A stretch of 64,000 bases of DNA from Myxococcota bacterium (GCA_965140415.1 OZ223209.1:1664001-1728000), one strand, 5' to 3'. Positions 49,245-59,403 are shown, numbered from the stretch's first letter. Notes: generated by a model not told the origin, from the letters alone. Translations and numbers: made by a program.

Positions 49245-50587
49245 TGATGGATACACAAGCTGAACGCATTCCGATTGCCAGTATCCGGGATTTGGAGGAG
49301 GAAGGTGCGACTTGTGTAGTTGCCGGTCGTCTGGTGCAGTTGTCCCCGGCGACATTGACCCTGGAAGACCAGACCGACCGCCGTACCTTTGGGTTTCCAA
49401 ATAACAATCCGGATCTGACGCGGGTGCGACTGGGAGACATTCTGGAAGTAACGCTGATGCTGCGGCAGAAAGCCTGGCGCGTCATGAGTCACCGGGTGTT
49501 GACTCCTTGTATGCTTGATCAGGAAAAGATGCGCCAGTGGATGGCGCGTTGGATGGAAACCGGCAATCGCAAGCGGCGCAACTTGGTGTTGCGTGATGCC
49601 GTAATGCGCTCCATGAGAGACTATTTTCTAAGCGACAACTTTTTGGAAGTGGCGACGCCAACCTTGGTAGCCTGCCCAGGCATGGAGCCGAATCTTACCG
49701 GTTTTTCCTCACAGTGGGTTGGGCCGTTCGGCGGTTGGGAACAGAATTACTACCTGCCTACCTCGCCGGAGTTCCACATGAAAAAGTTGCTAGTACTCGG
49801 TTACGAGCGGATCTTCGAATTCGCACGCTGTTTCCGCAATCGTGAGTTTTCTGCGCATCACCAACCCGAATTCACCATGTTGGAGTGGTACCGGGCATAT
49901 TCCGATTATGAAACGATCATGACCGATACCGAGCAGTTGGTCAGCAAAGCGGCCCAGGATGCGTTGGGTACCATGACCATACAGTATCAGGGGCGCACGA
50001 TCGATTTGACGCCACCCTGGCCGCGTGTGTCGGTGCGAGACCTGTTTTTGCAGCGTTTGAAAATCGATTTGTCCGAAACGAGAAATGCGCCGGCACTGGC
50101 GCGAGCCGCCATCGAGCGTGGATTCTCCTATGTCAGCCCCAACGAAACCTTCGAGGTGGTGTTTTTCAAGCTGTTCCTAACGGAAATCGAGGAACGCCTG
50201 GGCTGGGATCGTCCGGTGATTTTGCGGGATTATCCCATGGAAATGAGTGCCTTGGCGCGACGTAAACCCAAAGATCAGCGCTACTGTGAGCGATTCGAAG
50301 TGTATATAGCCGGAATCGAACTGGCCAATGCCTTTGGTGAGTTGACCAATGCTCCCGAGCAGAAGCGTCGCTTTATGGATGACATGGCCGAGAGCGACAA
50401 GGAGCGAGGCTTCCACTACGAACCGGACGAGGAATTTCTCGAAGCACTGAGCTTTGGTATGCCTCCTTCGGCGGGAATCGCGCTGGGTGTGGATCGTGTT
50501 GCCATGCTGCTTGCCAATGAAACCTCTCTCTTCCCGGTAACGGCATTCCCTCATCGTTCGCCGGTGGGACAGAAAGAAGAGAACTGA
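49244..50587 (+). CDS. epmA: EF-P lysine aminoacylase EpmA (GenX/PoxA) with an N-terminal extension
   Basis: 'YLPTSPEFHMKKLL', 'CFRNRE...HQPEFTMLEWYR', 'ERFEVYIAGIELANAFGELT', 'MPPSAGIALGVDR'. Confidence 0.93.
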   Translation: MMDTQAERIPIASIRDLEEEGATCVVAGRLVQLSPATLTLEDQTDRRTFGFPNNNPDLTRVRLGDILEVTLMLRQKAWRVMSHRVLTPCMLDQEKMRQWMARWMETGNRKRRNLVLRDAVMRSMRDYFLSDNFLEVATPTLVACPGMEPNLTGFSSQWVGPFGGWEQNYYLPTSPEFHMKKLLVLGYERIFEFARCFRNREFSAHHQPEFTMLEWYRAYSDYETIMTDTEQLVSKAAQDALGTMTIQYQGRTIDLTPPWPRVSVRDLFLQRLKIDLSETRNAPALARAAIERGFSYVSPNETFEVVFFKLFLTEIEERLGWDRPVILRDYPMEMSALARRKPKDQRYCERFEVYIAGIELANAFGELTNAPEQKRRFMDDMAESDKERGFHYEPDEEFLEALSFGMPPSAGIALGVDRVAMLLANETSLFPVTAFPHRSPVGQKEEN

Positions 50588-51651
50588 TGCCCTGGTCGCA
50601 ATTCGGCAGTCAACCGCGAGTGGTTTCCATCTTGCGTCGGATCGTCGAATCCGGAAGGATTGCGCATGCTTTCCTGTTCTGCGGTCCTGATGGCGTTGGT
50701 AAACGTGAGGCGGCGATTCTTTTCGCCCAGGCGTTGAATTGTGACCGCTCCGATAGCGATCCCTGCGGTATTTGTTCGAACTGTGATCTGTTGGATCGCA
50801 GCCGAGATCCCAAGGAGCAGGTGCACCCCGACCTGATGCACCTCGTACCCGGCGGTTGGATCGGCAAGGATGGTCGCAAGCAGAGCAGCCATACCATTTT
50901 GGTCGATGCGATCCGCGATTTGAGATCGAGTTTGTACGCCGCACCACTAAAGGCAAATTACCGCCTGGTATTGATTCACGAAGCGGACACCATGCAAATT
51001 GCGGCGCAGAACGCATTTCTGAAAACACTGGAAGAGCCGGTCGATCGGATTCGGACGATCTTCCTTCTGCTCAGTTCGCGTCCCAATGCCTTATTGCCGA
51101 CCATTCGTTCCCGCTGCCAGATCGTTCGTTTCGGTGCGGTGAGCGCCGGGAATATTCGTCGTCGCCTGGAGATCCACCATCAGTTGGACGAGGAGCAGGC
51201 GGAGTTATTGGCTTCGCTGTCGGATGGAAATTTGCAGGTCGCCGAGCAGATGGCGGAAGCTGGTGAGGATGGGAGCTGGAATACGAACCGCTTGCAGTGG
51301 TTGGATTTCTGGCATGAGATCGCCATAGGAAAGTCCGGTGAAACCGGTGAGTTCGTAGACCAATCCGCACGAACGAGAGATCGATTGTCTGAATTGCTGG
51401 CTTTATTGATCACCTGGCACCGGGATCTGCTGATTATTGCGTCCGATGCGTCGGAAGAGCGGGTTGTGAATCGCGATCGCTTACAGCAGTTGCAGCAGGA
51501 AGCCCGACTCGTTCCTGCCGGTCGAATCGCCTACCGCATGGAACGATTGATCGATATCCGACGGGATCTGGAATCCATATATATCCGAGGGGATGTGGCA
51601 ATGAGTAGCGTATTGATGGAGGTTGCGAGTTCCCGCGCGTATTCGGCATAA
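50587..51651 (+). CDS. holB: DNA polymerase III subunit delta-prime
   Basis: 'AHAFLFCGPDGVGK', Zn cluster 'LNC...PCGICSNC', 'HPDL', 'AQNAFLKTLEEP', 'LLPTIRSRCQ'. Confidence 0.96.
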   Translation: MPWSQFGSQPRVVSILRRIVESGRIAHAFLFCGPDGVGKREAAILFAQALNCDRSDSDPCGICSNCDLLDRSRDPKEQVHPDLMHLVPGGWIGKDGRKQSSHTILVDAIRDLRSSLYAAPLKANYRLVLIHEADTMQIAAQNAFLKTLEEPVDRIRTIFLLLSSRPNALLPTIRSRCQIVRFGAVSAGNIRRRLEIHHQLDEEQAELLASLSDGNLQVAEQMAEAGEDGSWNTNRLQWLDFWHEIAIGKSGETGEFVDQSARTRDRLSELLALLITWHRDLLIIASDASEERVVNRDRLQQLQQEARLVPAGRIAYRMERLIDIRRDLESIYIRGDVAMSSVLMEVASSRAYSA

Positions 51652-51759
51652 CTTAAAATCCGGTATACGTGGAAAATCATTGGGATTATTACAAAAGATT
51701 GTCTATAATACTCCCCCTTATTCATCACCGTGGCATGCCACGACTGGAGAACGATCACT

Positions 51760-53463
51760 GTGCAAACAGATGAAAACGATAAAAGCGTTGAAACAACGGA
51801 AGAGGCTTCCGAATTGCAATCCGCTAATGAGGAATCAAAGCCGGAGCCGGTAGAGCCTGCGAGCGAGAGCGAATCGGATTCCAAGCCGGTTGAAAACGTT
51901 TCGGATGCTTCGTCCACCGAAAAAGCGGATGATACCGTACCCGAACGGAACAACGAGGATTTGAAATCGGAGCAGGTGGAGGGCGAGGCGGAATCCTCCG
52001 AACCGCCTAAAAAAGTTGAGACCGTTCGAATCGCCGGTGTGCGTTTTCGCAGTGCTGGAAAGATGGAGATGTTCCAGTGTCAGAACCTGGAAGTTCACGT
52101 TGGTGACCGGGTGGTTGTTGAAGTGGAACGGGGCTTGGAAATCGGTAAGGTCGTGTTGGTTGATGAAAATGCGAAGCCCGGTAAGCAAAAGCTGCATCGG
52201 GTTGTTCGCTTGATGGATGAACGCGACAAGATGATCCTGAAAGAGAACGAAGAACGCAATCGCCAAGCTTATCATAGCTGTCTCAATAGCATCGCGAAGT
52301 TGAATTTGCCAATGAAGCTGATCGAGGTCAGCTACCAACATTCAGCCAATAAAGCGGTTTTCTATTTTTCTTCGGAAGGTCGGGTTGATTTCCGCGAATT
52401 GGTCCGATTGCTGGCGCAGGAGCTACGCATCCGTGTTGAAATGCGTCAGGTCGGCATTCGGGATGAGGCTAAACTGGTCGGCGGTATGGGCCCATGCGGG
52501 CAGCCTGTTTGTTGCGCGACCCATCTAAGTGATTTCACTCCTGTTTCGATTCGCATGGCCAAGGAACAGAATCTGACCTTGAATCCGGAAAAGGTTTCCG
52601 GTTTGTGCGGCAGGTTGATGTGTTGTTTGGGATATGAATCCGCAACCTATAAAGATCTTCAAAAAGGTCTGCCAAAAATCGGCAAAAAAGCGGACACCTG
52701 GAAAGGTCGTGGGCGCGTACTGGAAATCAACATTTTCAGCCGCCAGATGCGATTGGAATTGCCGGGCCGTGAATACATCTCGATCGATCTGGACGACTAT
52801 AAGTCTTACAAGCAAGACCCCGAAGGCTTCGGTGCGCTTATGATGAAGAAGGAAGAGGAAGAGCGCACCAAAGCGTTGCGGCGTGATGTGGAAAAGGTTA
52901 CTTCCGTGATGGAAGGCAGCCGGGAAACGGAGTCTCGCAAGGCCAGACGCCAATCCAACTCGGAATCCAATGGAAAGAGACCGGATAAACCTGCCGAAAA
53001 GCCGGATCGACGACCGACAAATCCTAAGCAGGGGGGCGCTCAGGGAAATCAATCCCAAGCGAACAAGGATGGTGGTGATCCCAATAAGCCGCGACCTTCA
53101 CGTCGTCGGCGAGGTCGAGGCGGTAGAGGCCGAGGAGGACAGGGTGGCCAGGGTGGCCAGGGTGGCCAGGGAGGACCGCAAGGAGAGCCTCGCCGAGAAG
53201 GAAAGCCTTCTCCCGATGGAAAACCGAAGGCTCCGCAAGGTGGCGGTAGAAGCTCTGGACCCAAAGGTGGTGGGGCTGAAGGTGGTAAGCCCGGTCAAGA
53301 AGGCGCTCCCAAACGCAAATCTCGTTCTCGGCGCAGGCGCAGACCATCCGGTCCGCGTGGCGGCGGTTCCGGCAATCCGAATTCCGGAAATTCTTCACCG
53401 CGTTCCGGGGGACCGAAGCCGGGTGGAGGCAAAGGGTCTGGTAGTGGTAGCGGTAATAGCTAG
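51760..53463 (+). CDS. PSP1-domain protein (YaaT/RicT family) with an acidic N-terminal and a Gly/Arg-rich C-terminal disordered extension
   Basis: 'GVRFRSAGK', 'RVDFRELVR', 'RVEMRQVGIRDEAK..GG.GPCGQPVCC', 'MAKEQNL...SGLCGRLMCCL.YE'; standard holB-PSP1-metG-tatD order. Confidence 0.93.
   Translation: MQTDENDKSVETTEEASELQSANEESKPEPVEPASESESDSKPVENVSDASSTEKADDTVPERNNEDLKSEQVEGEAESSEPPKKVETVRIAGVRFRSAGKMEMFQCQNLEVHVGDRVVVEVERGLEIGKVVLVDENAKPGKQKLHRVVRLMDERDKMILKENEERNRQAYHSCLNSIAKLNLPMKLIEVSYQHSANKAVFYFSSEGRVDFRELVRLLAQELRIRVEMRQVGIRDEAKLVGGMGPCGQPVCCATHLSDFTPVSIRMAKEQNLTLNPEKVSGLCGRLMCCLGYESATYKDLQKGLPKIGKKADTWKGRGRVLEINIFSRQMRLELPGREYISIDLDDYKSYKQDPEGFGALMMKKEEEERTKALRRDVEKVTSVMEGSRETESRKARRQSNSESNGKRPDKPAEKPDRRPTNPKQGGAQGNQSQANKDGGDPNKPRPSRRRRGRGGRGRGGQGGQGGQGGQGGPQGEPRREGKPSPDGKPKAPQGGGRSSGPKGGGAEGGKPGQEGAPKRKSRSRRRRRPSGPRGGGSGNPNSGNSSPRSGGPKPGGGKGSGSGSGNS
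53140..53171 (+). repeat. In-frame 9-nt tandem repeat (CAGGGTGGC x3 plus partial) encoding QGG units
   Basis: Directly visible in the 3' part of the PSP1 gene. Confidence 0.85.
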
Positions 53464-53599
53464 ATTGATCGGTACTTCGCGTTCGGTTCACAGATGTTTC
53501 CCGATCAAAATACAAATAACAAGTGTAGTGAAAATCCATAGCTGATCAAACGAAGACGGCATGGATGGTGCATAGCAGCAGGATGAAAAAGGCAGAGTC

Positions 53600-55552
53600 A
53601 TGACGAAAAAGACTTTTTATGTGTCTACCCCGATATATTACTGCAACGACGTGCCTCACATCGGGCATGCCTATACGACGATCAATGCGGACGTGCTGGC
53701 CCGTTATCATCGCTTGATGGGAGAGAAAACCTTCTTTCTCACCGGCACCGACGAGCATGGGCAGAAAGTGGAAACCGCCGCGCAGAAGCTCGGAAAGTCG
53801 CCCAAAGCCTTTGCCGATGATGTCGTGCAGCATTTCCGGGATTTATGGAAAACGCTGAATATCAGTAACGACCGCTTCATTCGCACTACCGACGACGATC
53901 ATGCCGCACTGGTCAGTGACTTGTGGAAAGTAATGGTTGATAAAGGCGATATCTATCTGGGTGAATATGAAGACTGGTACTGTGTGCACGATGAGACCTT
54001 CTGGACGGAAAGTCAGTTGCTGGAAGGCAATCTCTGCCCCAATCCCTGGTGCAAGCGCCCGGTTCAGAAGAACAAGGAAAAGAGCTATTTCTTCAAACTG
54101 TCCAAATACACCCAGCCTCTACTCGATTACTACGAAGCGCACCCGGATTTCGTGTTGCCCGGCTACCGTATGAACGAAGTGAAAAGCTTTGTTTCTCAAG
54201 GGTTAAACGATCTGTCCATCAGTCGCACCTCGTTTAGTTGGGGCATTCCCGTTCCGGGCGACCCGGCGCACGTCATGTACGTCTGGCTGGATGCTCTAGC
54301 CAACTATCTTACCGGTTGTGGTTACAAGCTGGACGATCCGGATTCGAACGAATTCTGGCCTGCGACGATCCACCTGATCGGCAAAGACATTCTTCGCTTC
54401 CATGCTATATTCTGGCCGGCCTTCCTGATGTCGGCGGGTATTCCGTTGCCCGAGCACGTTCTCGCGCACGGCTTCTGGACCATCGACGGTCAGAAGATGA
54501 GCAAGAGCCTGGGGAACTTTATCCGTCCGACCGATATGGTCGATGCCTATGGTCTGGACCCGGTACGCTATTTCCTGTTGCGTGAAATCTCGTTGGGACC
54601 GGATGGCGATTTCTCCGAGACGGCGCTGGTTGGGCGTTTGAATTCCGATCTGGCCAACGATCTGGGGAACTTACTGAGCCGCTCGCTGGCGATGACCAAG
54701 AAATACCTGGGTGGAGTGGTGCCGGAACCGACCTCGGCGGATTCTCCGATGGCGCAGAGCGTGAAACAGGCCGAAGAGCACTATCATGCGGCGTTTAAGG
54801 AATTTCAACCCAATAAGGCCTTGTTGGCGCTGTGGGAAATCATTGCTGCCGGGAACAAATATGTAGACGAGCGCGCCCCCTGGGTGCTGGCCAAGGACGA
54901 AAGCAAGAAAGAGGAATTGGCCGGTGTCATGTATGACCTGCTCGAAGCATTGCGACACGTTGCCATTCTGGTTTCGCCGATTATGCCTACCAGTGCTGAG
55001 AAGATGCTGGAGCAACTTGGAATGCCAGGCGAAGTTCCGACCGGCAGCGAAGCGTTGCAGTGGGGCGGATTGTCGAAGGGTTTGCAGACGCAACGCGGAA
55101 AATCCCTGTTCCCGCGTGTGGAACTGGCCGAAAAGAAAGAGGAAGCACCTGCCTCCAAAAAGGAAAAAGCGTCTAAGAAAGCCGATCCGAAGCCCAAGGC
55201 GGAATCTACACCGGAAGGGGTGGCGCTGATCGAATTCGAGGACTTCAGCAAGTTGCAGATGAAGGTTGGAAAGATTCTAAGCGCCGAACCGGTGCCGAAA
55301 ACGGACAAGCTCATGTTGCTGTCCGTAGATATCGGCGAGGATTCGCCTCGCACCATCGTTGCCGGAATTGCCGCGCATTATACGGCGGAGCAACTGGTTG
55401 AAAAGTGTGTCATTGTGTTGGCCAACCTGAAGCCGCGCAAGCTACGCGGGATTTTCTCGGAAGGCATGTTGCTGGCAGCAACCGCTCCGGATGGAACCCT
55501 GCGGTTATTGACTACCGATGGCGTTCAGCCCGCCGGTTCTCGAGTTGGGTAA
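53600..55552 (+). CDS. metG: Methionine--tRNA ligase with a C-terminal tRNA-binding domain
   Basis: 'STPIYYCNDVPHIGHAY', 'YVWLDAL', 'GKDILRFH', 'KMSKSLGN', C-terminal 'ANLKPRKLRGIFSEGM'. Confidence 0.99.
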   Translation: MTKKTFYVSTPIYYCNDVPHIGHAYTTINADVLARYHRLMGEKTFFLTGTDEHGQKVETAAQKLGKSPKAFADDVVQHFRDLWKTLNISNDRFIRTTDDDHAALVSDLWKVMVDKGDIYLGEYEDWYCVHDETFWTESQLLEGNLCPNPWCKRPVQKNKEKSYFFKLSKYTQPLLDYYEAHPDFVLPGYRMNEVKSFVSQGLNDLSISRTSFSWGIPVPGDPAHVMYVWLDALANYLTGCGYKLDDPDSNEFWPATIHLIGKDILRFHAIFWPAFLMSAGIPLPEHVLAHGFWTIDGQKMSKSLGNFIRPTDMVDAYGLDPVRYFLLREISLGPDGDFSETALVGRLNSDLANDLGNLLSRSLAMTKKYLGGVVPEPTSADSPMAQSVKQAEEHYHAAFKEFQPNKALLALWEIIAAGNKYVDERAPWVLAKDESKKEELAGVMYDLLEALRHVAILVSPIMPTSAEKMLEQLGMPGEVPTGSEALQWGGLSKGLQTQRGKSLFPRVELAEKKEEAPASKKEKASKKADPKPKAESTPEGVALIEFEDFSKLQMKVGKILSAEPVPKTDKLMLLSVDIGEDSPRTIVAGIAAHYTAEQLVEKCVIVLANLKPRKLRGIFSEGMLLAATAPDGTLRLLTTDGVQPAGSRVG

Positions 55553-55564
55553 GGGAGAGCGGTT

Positions 55565-56356
55565 GTGTTGATCGATTCGCACGCGCATCTATGTACGCGC
55601 AACTATGATAAAGATCGTGATGAAGTGCTGAGTCGCTGCCGTGAAAACGGCCTGTTGCGTTATGTGGAAATCGGGGCCGTCTCCGGCTTCGAAGGCAACG
55701 AGCAGGCGCGGCAACTGGCCGAAGCGCAGGAAATGATTTACTTCACGGTCGGGCTGCATCCACACGATGCCAAATTACTGAATCCGACCGACTGGAGCGC
55801 CCTGGAAACGCTGGCTACGCATCCCAAAGCGGTGGGTATCGGCGAAACCGGACTGGACTATTTTTACGATCACAGCACTCCCGAACAGCAACGCAAGGCC
55901 TTTGTGCAGTCGATTGGGCTGGCGCGCGAGTTGAACAAGCCGATCGTCATTCACGACCGTGAGGCGCATGACGAGGTGATGGAGATTCTCAAAGCGGAAC
56001 GCGCCTTTGAAATTCCCGGTGAATTTCACTGTTTTTCCGGTGATTGGAATCTGGCCGAGCGGGTCATCGATATGGGCTGGATGGTGGCATTGGGAGGTGT
56101 GGTCACTTTTCGAAACGCCACGGAGTTGCATGAAGTAGCACGTCGCATCCCCTTGGATTCACTGCTGCTCGAAACGGACAGCCCTTTTCTGACCCCAGTT
56201 CCTTATCGCGGTAAACGAAACGAGCCTTGGATGGTGAAGCTGGTAGCGGAACGTATTGCGGAATTGAAAGAAATTTCTGCCAATGACGTGATCGAGGCTA
56301 CTGGGCGAAATGCCGTTACTCTGTTCGGGCTGGGATTGTCTGATTCCATTGACTGA
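55565..56356 (+). CDS. tatD: TatD-family DNase
   Basis: 'IDSHAH', 'GLHPHDA', 'IGETGLDY', 'IHDREAH', 'FHCFSG', 'ETDSPFL.P.P.RGKRNEP'. Confidence 0.96.
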   Translation: MLIDSHAHLCTRNYDKDRDEVLSRCRENGLLRYVEIGAVSGFEGNEQARQLAEAQEMIYFTVGLHPHDAKLLNPTDWSALETLATHPKAVGIGETGLDYFYDHSTPEQQRKAFVQSIGLARELNKPIVIHDREAHDEVMEILKAERAFEIPGEFHCFSGDWNLAERVIDMGWMVALGGVVTFRNATELHEVARRIPLDSLLLETDSPFLTPVPYRGKRNEPWMVKLVAERIAELKEISANDVIEATGRNAVTLFGLGLSDSID

Positions 56357-56478
56357 TTTCGTTCTCGGATTTGTTCTCTTCAACTCTGCTAATCCTGCAA
56401 CTGGCGTCGCAACCTTACAGGCAAGGTGGACGCTTCTGGATCCTTTTCATTCGCGTAGTACTTTCACGAGGTGTACCC

Positions 56479-58911
56479 ATGATGTTTCAACTGCGATTTA
56501 GCCTGCTCATGATCTTACTTAGCTGTGTTCTGCTCGTATCTTCCTGCGGTGGTTCCGATGAAGACGGTTGCAGCAACGGGGAAACTCGTTGCGCCGGATA
56601 CAACCTGATTCAACTTTGCAATCCTGATGGTAGCTGGGGAGAAAAGATCCTTTGTCCCGGTACACAAACCTGCCAGGATGGCGCCTGTGTCGGTGCTTCC
56701 TCTCCCGATGGCGACAATACCAGCGAATGTGCACCCGATGAAACCGAATGTGTCGGTGAGCAACTTAGGCGTTGCGATACGGATGGCAACTGGGGCGAGC
56801 TGGAAAATTGCCCCACGGGTACAACGTGTAACGTAGACCAATGTACTTCTAATGAAGAACCGCTCTGTCAGGCGGCTGTTGAGACGCGCTGCACCGATGA
56901 CAGCCACATGGAAACCTGTGACGACACCGGGTTGTCCTGGTCCGATCCGGTTGCCTGCGACGACGGACAGTTCTGCATCGACGGGAGTTGCCAGTTGATC
57001 GACTGTCAACCCGGTATGGACACGGCCTGCAATGCCGAGGGCGATGTTGTGACCTGCAACGCCCAGGGAAACGGCTACGGCGCTCCCGTGGCCTGTCCTG
57101 CCAATACTCGTTGCGAAGAAGGAATCTGTGTGGAAATTCCCTGTACTGCCGGGGACTTTCGCTGTGTAAGCCAAACGGAGATTCAGTATTGCGTTCAGGA
57201 TGGCGGTAGTTGGGATACTGCTCAAAGCTGCGCCAGCGGCGAAATTTGCGAGAGCGGCACGGGCTGCGTTCCATCCGGCAATCAGGTTTGTGAGCCGGGT
57301 AGCACGGTTTGCCTGGACGAGCGCACCATCGCAACCTGTAATAGTGAAGGCAGCGGCTATATGGACGAAACCGACGCCTGCGAGGCGGGAGATGTCGGTT
57401 ACAGTTGCATCAACGGTCAATGCCTGGATCTGTGCGACAAGGCGGAACTGACGCAAAGCTACATGGGTTGCGATTACTGGCCGGTGGTTACTCCCAATCC
57501 TGCTCTGGATCGCGCCTTTAAAAGCGGAACGGAATCGGAATACGCGGTAGTGATCTCCAATACGAACGATACGTACACGGCGCAGGTAACGATCAGCCTG
57601 CCAGGCCGGGAAGACATCGTGACATCGGTGGCTCCCATGGACGATAAAACCGTGCGCCTGCAATATCTGGAGTTGCAGGGCTCGGCGAAGATGAATTTCG
57701 CCTACCATCTGCATGCCAGCATTCCGGTTACGGTGGCGCAATTCAACCCACTTAGCGAATATCACGATGGCGAACACAGCTACACCAACGACGCATCACT
57801 ATTGTTGCCGACCAGTGTGTTGGGCAAAAGCTATATGGCCATGAGCGCCACGCCGGTAACCGTCAAGGAATGCGACAACTTCTGGTGCGATGAGTATCAT
57901 TTCGAAACCCAGGGCTACCGGGCGTTCGTGTCGATTGTCGGTACTTACGAAGGAACCACTACCATCCAGGTCACTGCCAGTGCGGCGATCAAAGCCGGTG
58001 CCGGGGTGGAGGGAATTTCCGCCGGTGAAACACGAGAATACACCTTGCAGCAGCATGAGGTTTTACAGCTTGTCGGCGACGATGCCTTTGCCAACGAAGA
58101 ACATTGCTGGCGCGACGAGCAGGAGAACAACACGATCTGCATGGGAGCCGATTTATCCGGCACCCGGATACAGTCCGATCAGCCCATTGCGGTGTTCTCC
58201 GGTAACGAGTGCGCCTACGTGCCGTATACGCAGTATGCCTGCGATCATCTCGAACAGCAGATGTTCCCCACCGACATCTGGGGACAGTCCTATCTTATGG
58301 GAGAATACAGCCAGTACGAATGGGACTATCCGACTTATTACAAAATCATGGCATACGAAGACAACACCCAGTTGCAGGTAACGCCGGACTACATTCTGGA
58401 CGAAGTGCCCTACGGTTTCGGCGGCGAGCAGATCGTTGGTTGCCAGCGCACTTTGCAGGCCGGAGACTATTGCATGATCGAGAGCGACAGTAACCTGATG
58501 GTAACGGCTTTGGACGGCAAGAAGATTGCGGTGGGGCAGTTCATGGTCGGTGGTTCCTACGACGATTCCGACCCGGCGGAATACGGCGATCCGGCATTTT
58601 CTCTGGTGCCGCCGATCCAGCAATACCGGAAAAACTATATTTTCCTGGCTCCGGACACCTATGCCTACGACTACATCAACATCATGTCGATGTCGAACAC
58701 GGCGACCATCCTGCTGGATGGCGATCCGTTACGGGCGCGCGATTTCGAGCAGATCGATGGTGCCAACGCCTGGGTCATGCAGAAGAAGATCAATGATGGC
58801 ACCCACCTGCTGACTTCCGATGTGCCGATCGGCTTGATCGTTTATGGCTATGACCGCTACGTTTCTTATGCCTACCCGGCGGGCTTGGATCTGGTTTTCG
58901 TGCCGTATTGA
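56479..58911 (+). CDS. Lipoprotein with Cys-rich repeats and a C-terminal IgGFc-binding-protein-like domain
   Basis: Lipobox VSSC; about six 'C...[TF]RC...C...G.W...C..G..C..G.C' repeats; 'SYMGCDYW', 'YTNDASLLLP', 'CDHLEQQMFP...WG', 'GDPAFSLVPP..QYR..Y.F', 'YVSYAYPAG'. Confidence 0.85.
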   Translation: MMFQLRFSLLMILLSCVLLVSSCGGSDEDGCSNGETRCAGYNLIQLCNPDGSWGEKILCPGTQTCQDGACVGASSPDGDNTSECAPDETECVGEQLRRCDTDGNWGELENCPTGTTCNVDQCTSNEEPLCQAAVETRCTDDSHMETCDDTGLSWSDPVACDDGQFCIDGSCQLIDCQPGMDTACNAEGDVVTCNAQGNGYGAPVACPANTRCEEGICVEIPCTAGDFRCVSQTEIQYCVQDGGSWDTAQSCASGEICESGTGCVPSGNQVCEPGSTVCLDERTIATCNSEGSGYMDETDACEAGDVGYSCINGQCLDLCDKAELTQSYMGCDYWPVVTPNPALDRAFKSGTESEYAVVISNTNDTYTAQVTISLPGREDIVTSVAPMDDKTVRLQYLELQGSAKMNFAYHLHASIPVTVAQFNPLSEYHDGEHSYTNDASLLLPTSVLGKSYMAMSATPVTVKECDNFWCDEYHFETQGYRAFVSIVGTYEGTTTIQVTASAAIKAGAGVEGISAGETREYTLQQHEVLQLVGDDAFANEEHCWRDEQENNTICMGADLSGTRIQSDQPIAVFSGNECAYVPYTQYACDHLEQQMFPTDIWGQSYLMGEYSQYEWDYPTYYKIMAYEDNTQLQVTPDYILDEVPYGFGGEQIVGCQRTLQAGDYCMIESDSNLMVTALDGKKIAVGQFMVGGSYDDSDPAEYGDPAFSLVPPIQQYRKNYIFLAPDTYAYDYINIMSMSNTATILLDGDPLRARDFEQIDGANAWVMQKKINDGTHLLTSDVPIGLIVYGYDRYVSYAYPAGLDLVFVPY

Positions 58912-59017
58912 GACGATAGGGGGCAGTGAGGAACGTCTTGCTCCGGCTGGTAGCGGTTCTATACCGCAGGAATGTCTTGTCAGGCTCCAAAGGGTTCGCC
59001 CAAGCTGGGGAAAGAGC

Positions 59018-59045
59018 TTGACAAATCGCGTAATTCCAAGATAAT
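59018..59045 (+). promoter_or_regulatory. sigma70-like promoter of infA
   Basis: TTGACA (59018-59023), 16-nt spacer, GATAAT (59040-59045). Confidence 0.6.
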
Positions 59046-59133
59046 GCATACCAACGCTAGGCCGATAGTGGTCTCGCGTGGTGTGCATTTTAGTTGCCCG
59101 TTATAAAAATTCGAGAGATTAGGAACACAGTCT

Positions 59134-59403
59134 ATGGCTCGTGACGACTTGATTCAATTGGAAGGATCCGTAGTAGAAGTGCTGACGGATGGAAATTTCC
59201 GCATCGAAACGGAAACCGGACAGTCTTTGCTGGCGCGGTTGGCCGGGAAGTTGCGTAAATTCCGCATCCGCGTGATTCTGGGTGACAAGGTCACCGTAGG
59301 TGTTTCTCCCTACGATCCCACCCACGGCTTGATTCTGCATCGCCATCGCGATGACTCCCGCGGCGGTTTTCGTCCGCCGACCCGCAAGAATCGTCGCAAC
59401 TAG
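59134..59403 (+). CDS. infA: Translation initiation factor IF-1
   Basis: 'MARDDLIQLEGSVVEVL...FRI...AGKLRKFRIRVILGDKVTVGVSPYD..GLI.HR'. Confidence 0.96.
   Translation: MARDDLIQLEGSVVEVLTDGNFRIETETGQSLLARLAGKLRKFRIRVILGDKVTVGVSPYDPTHGLILHRHRDDSRGGFRPPTRKNRRN

Noticed and set aside
49244-50587. Calling this gene lysS
   Set aside because: Catalytic motifs (TSPEFHMKKLL, EFTMLEWYR, GIALGVDR) are EpmA-type rather than LysRS-type (IAPELYLKRL, GIGIDR).
50177-51028. 283-aa minus-strand ORF
   Set aside because: Overlaps epmA and holB in antisense; no family signal.
56515-57777. 420-aa minus-strand ORF
   Set aside because: Antisense to the IgGFc-domain lipoprotein gene; shadow ORF.
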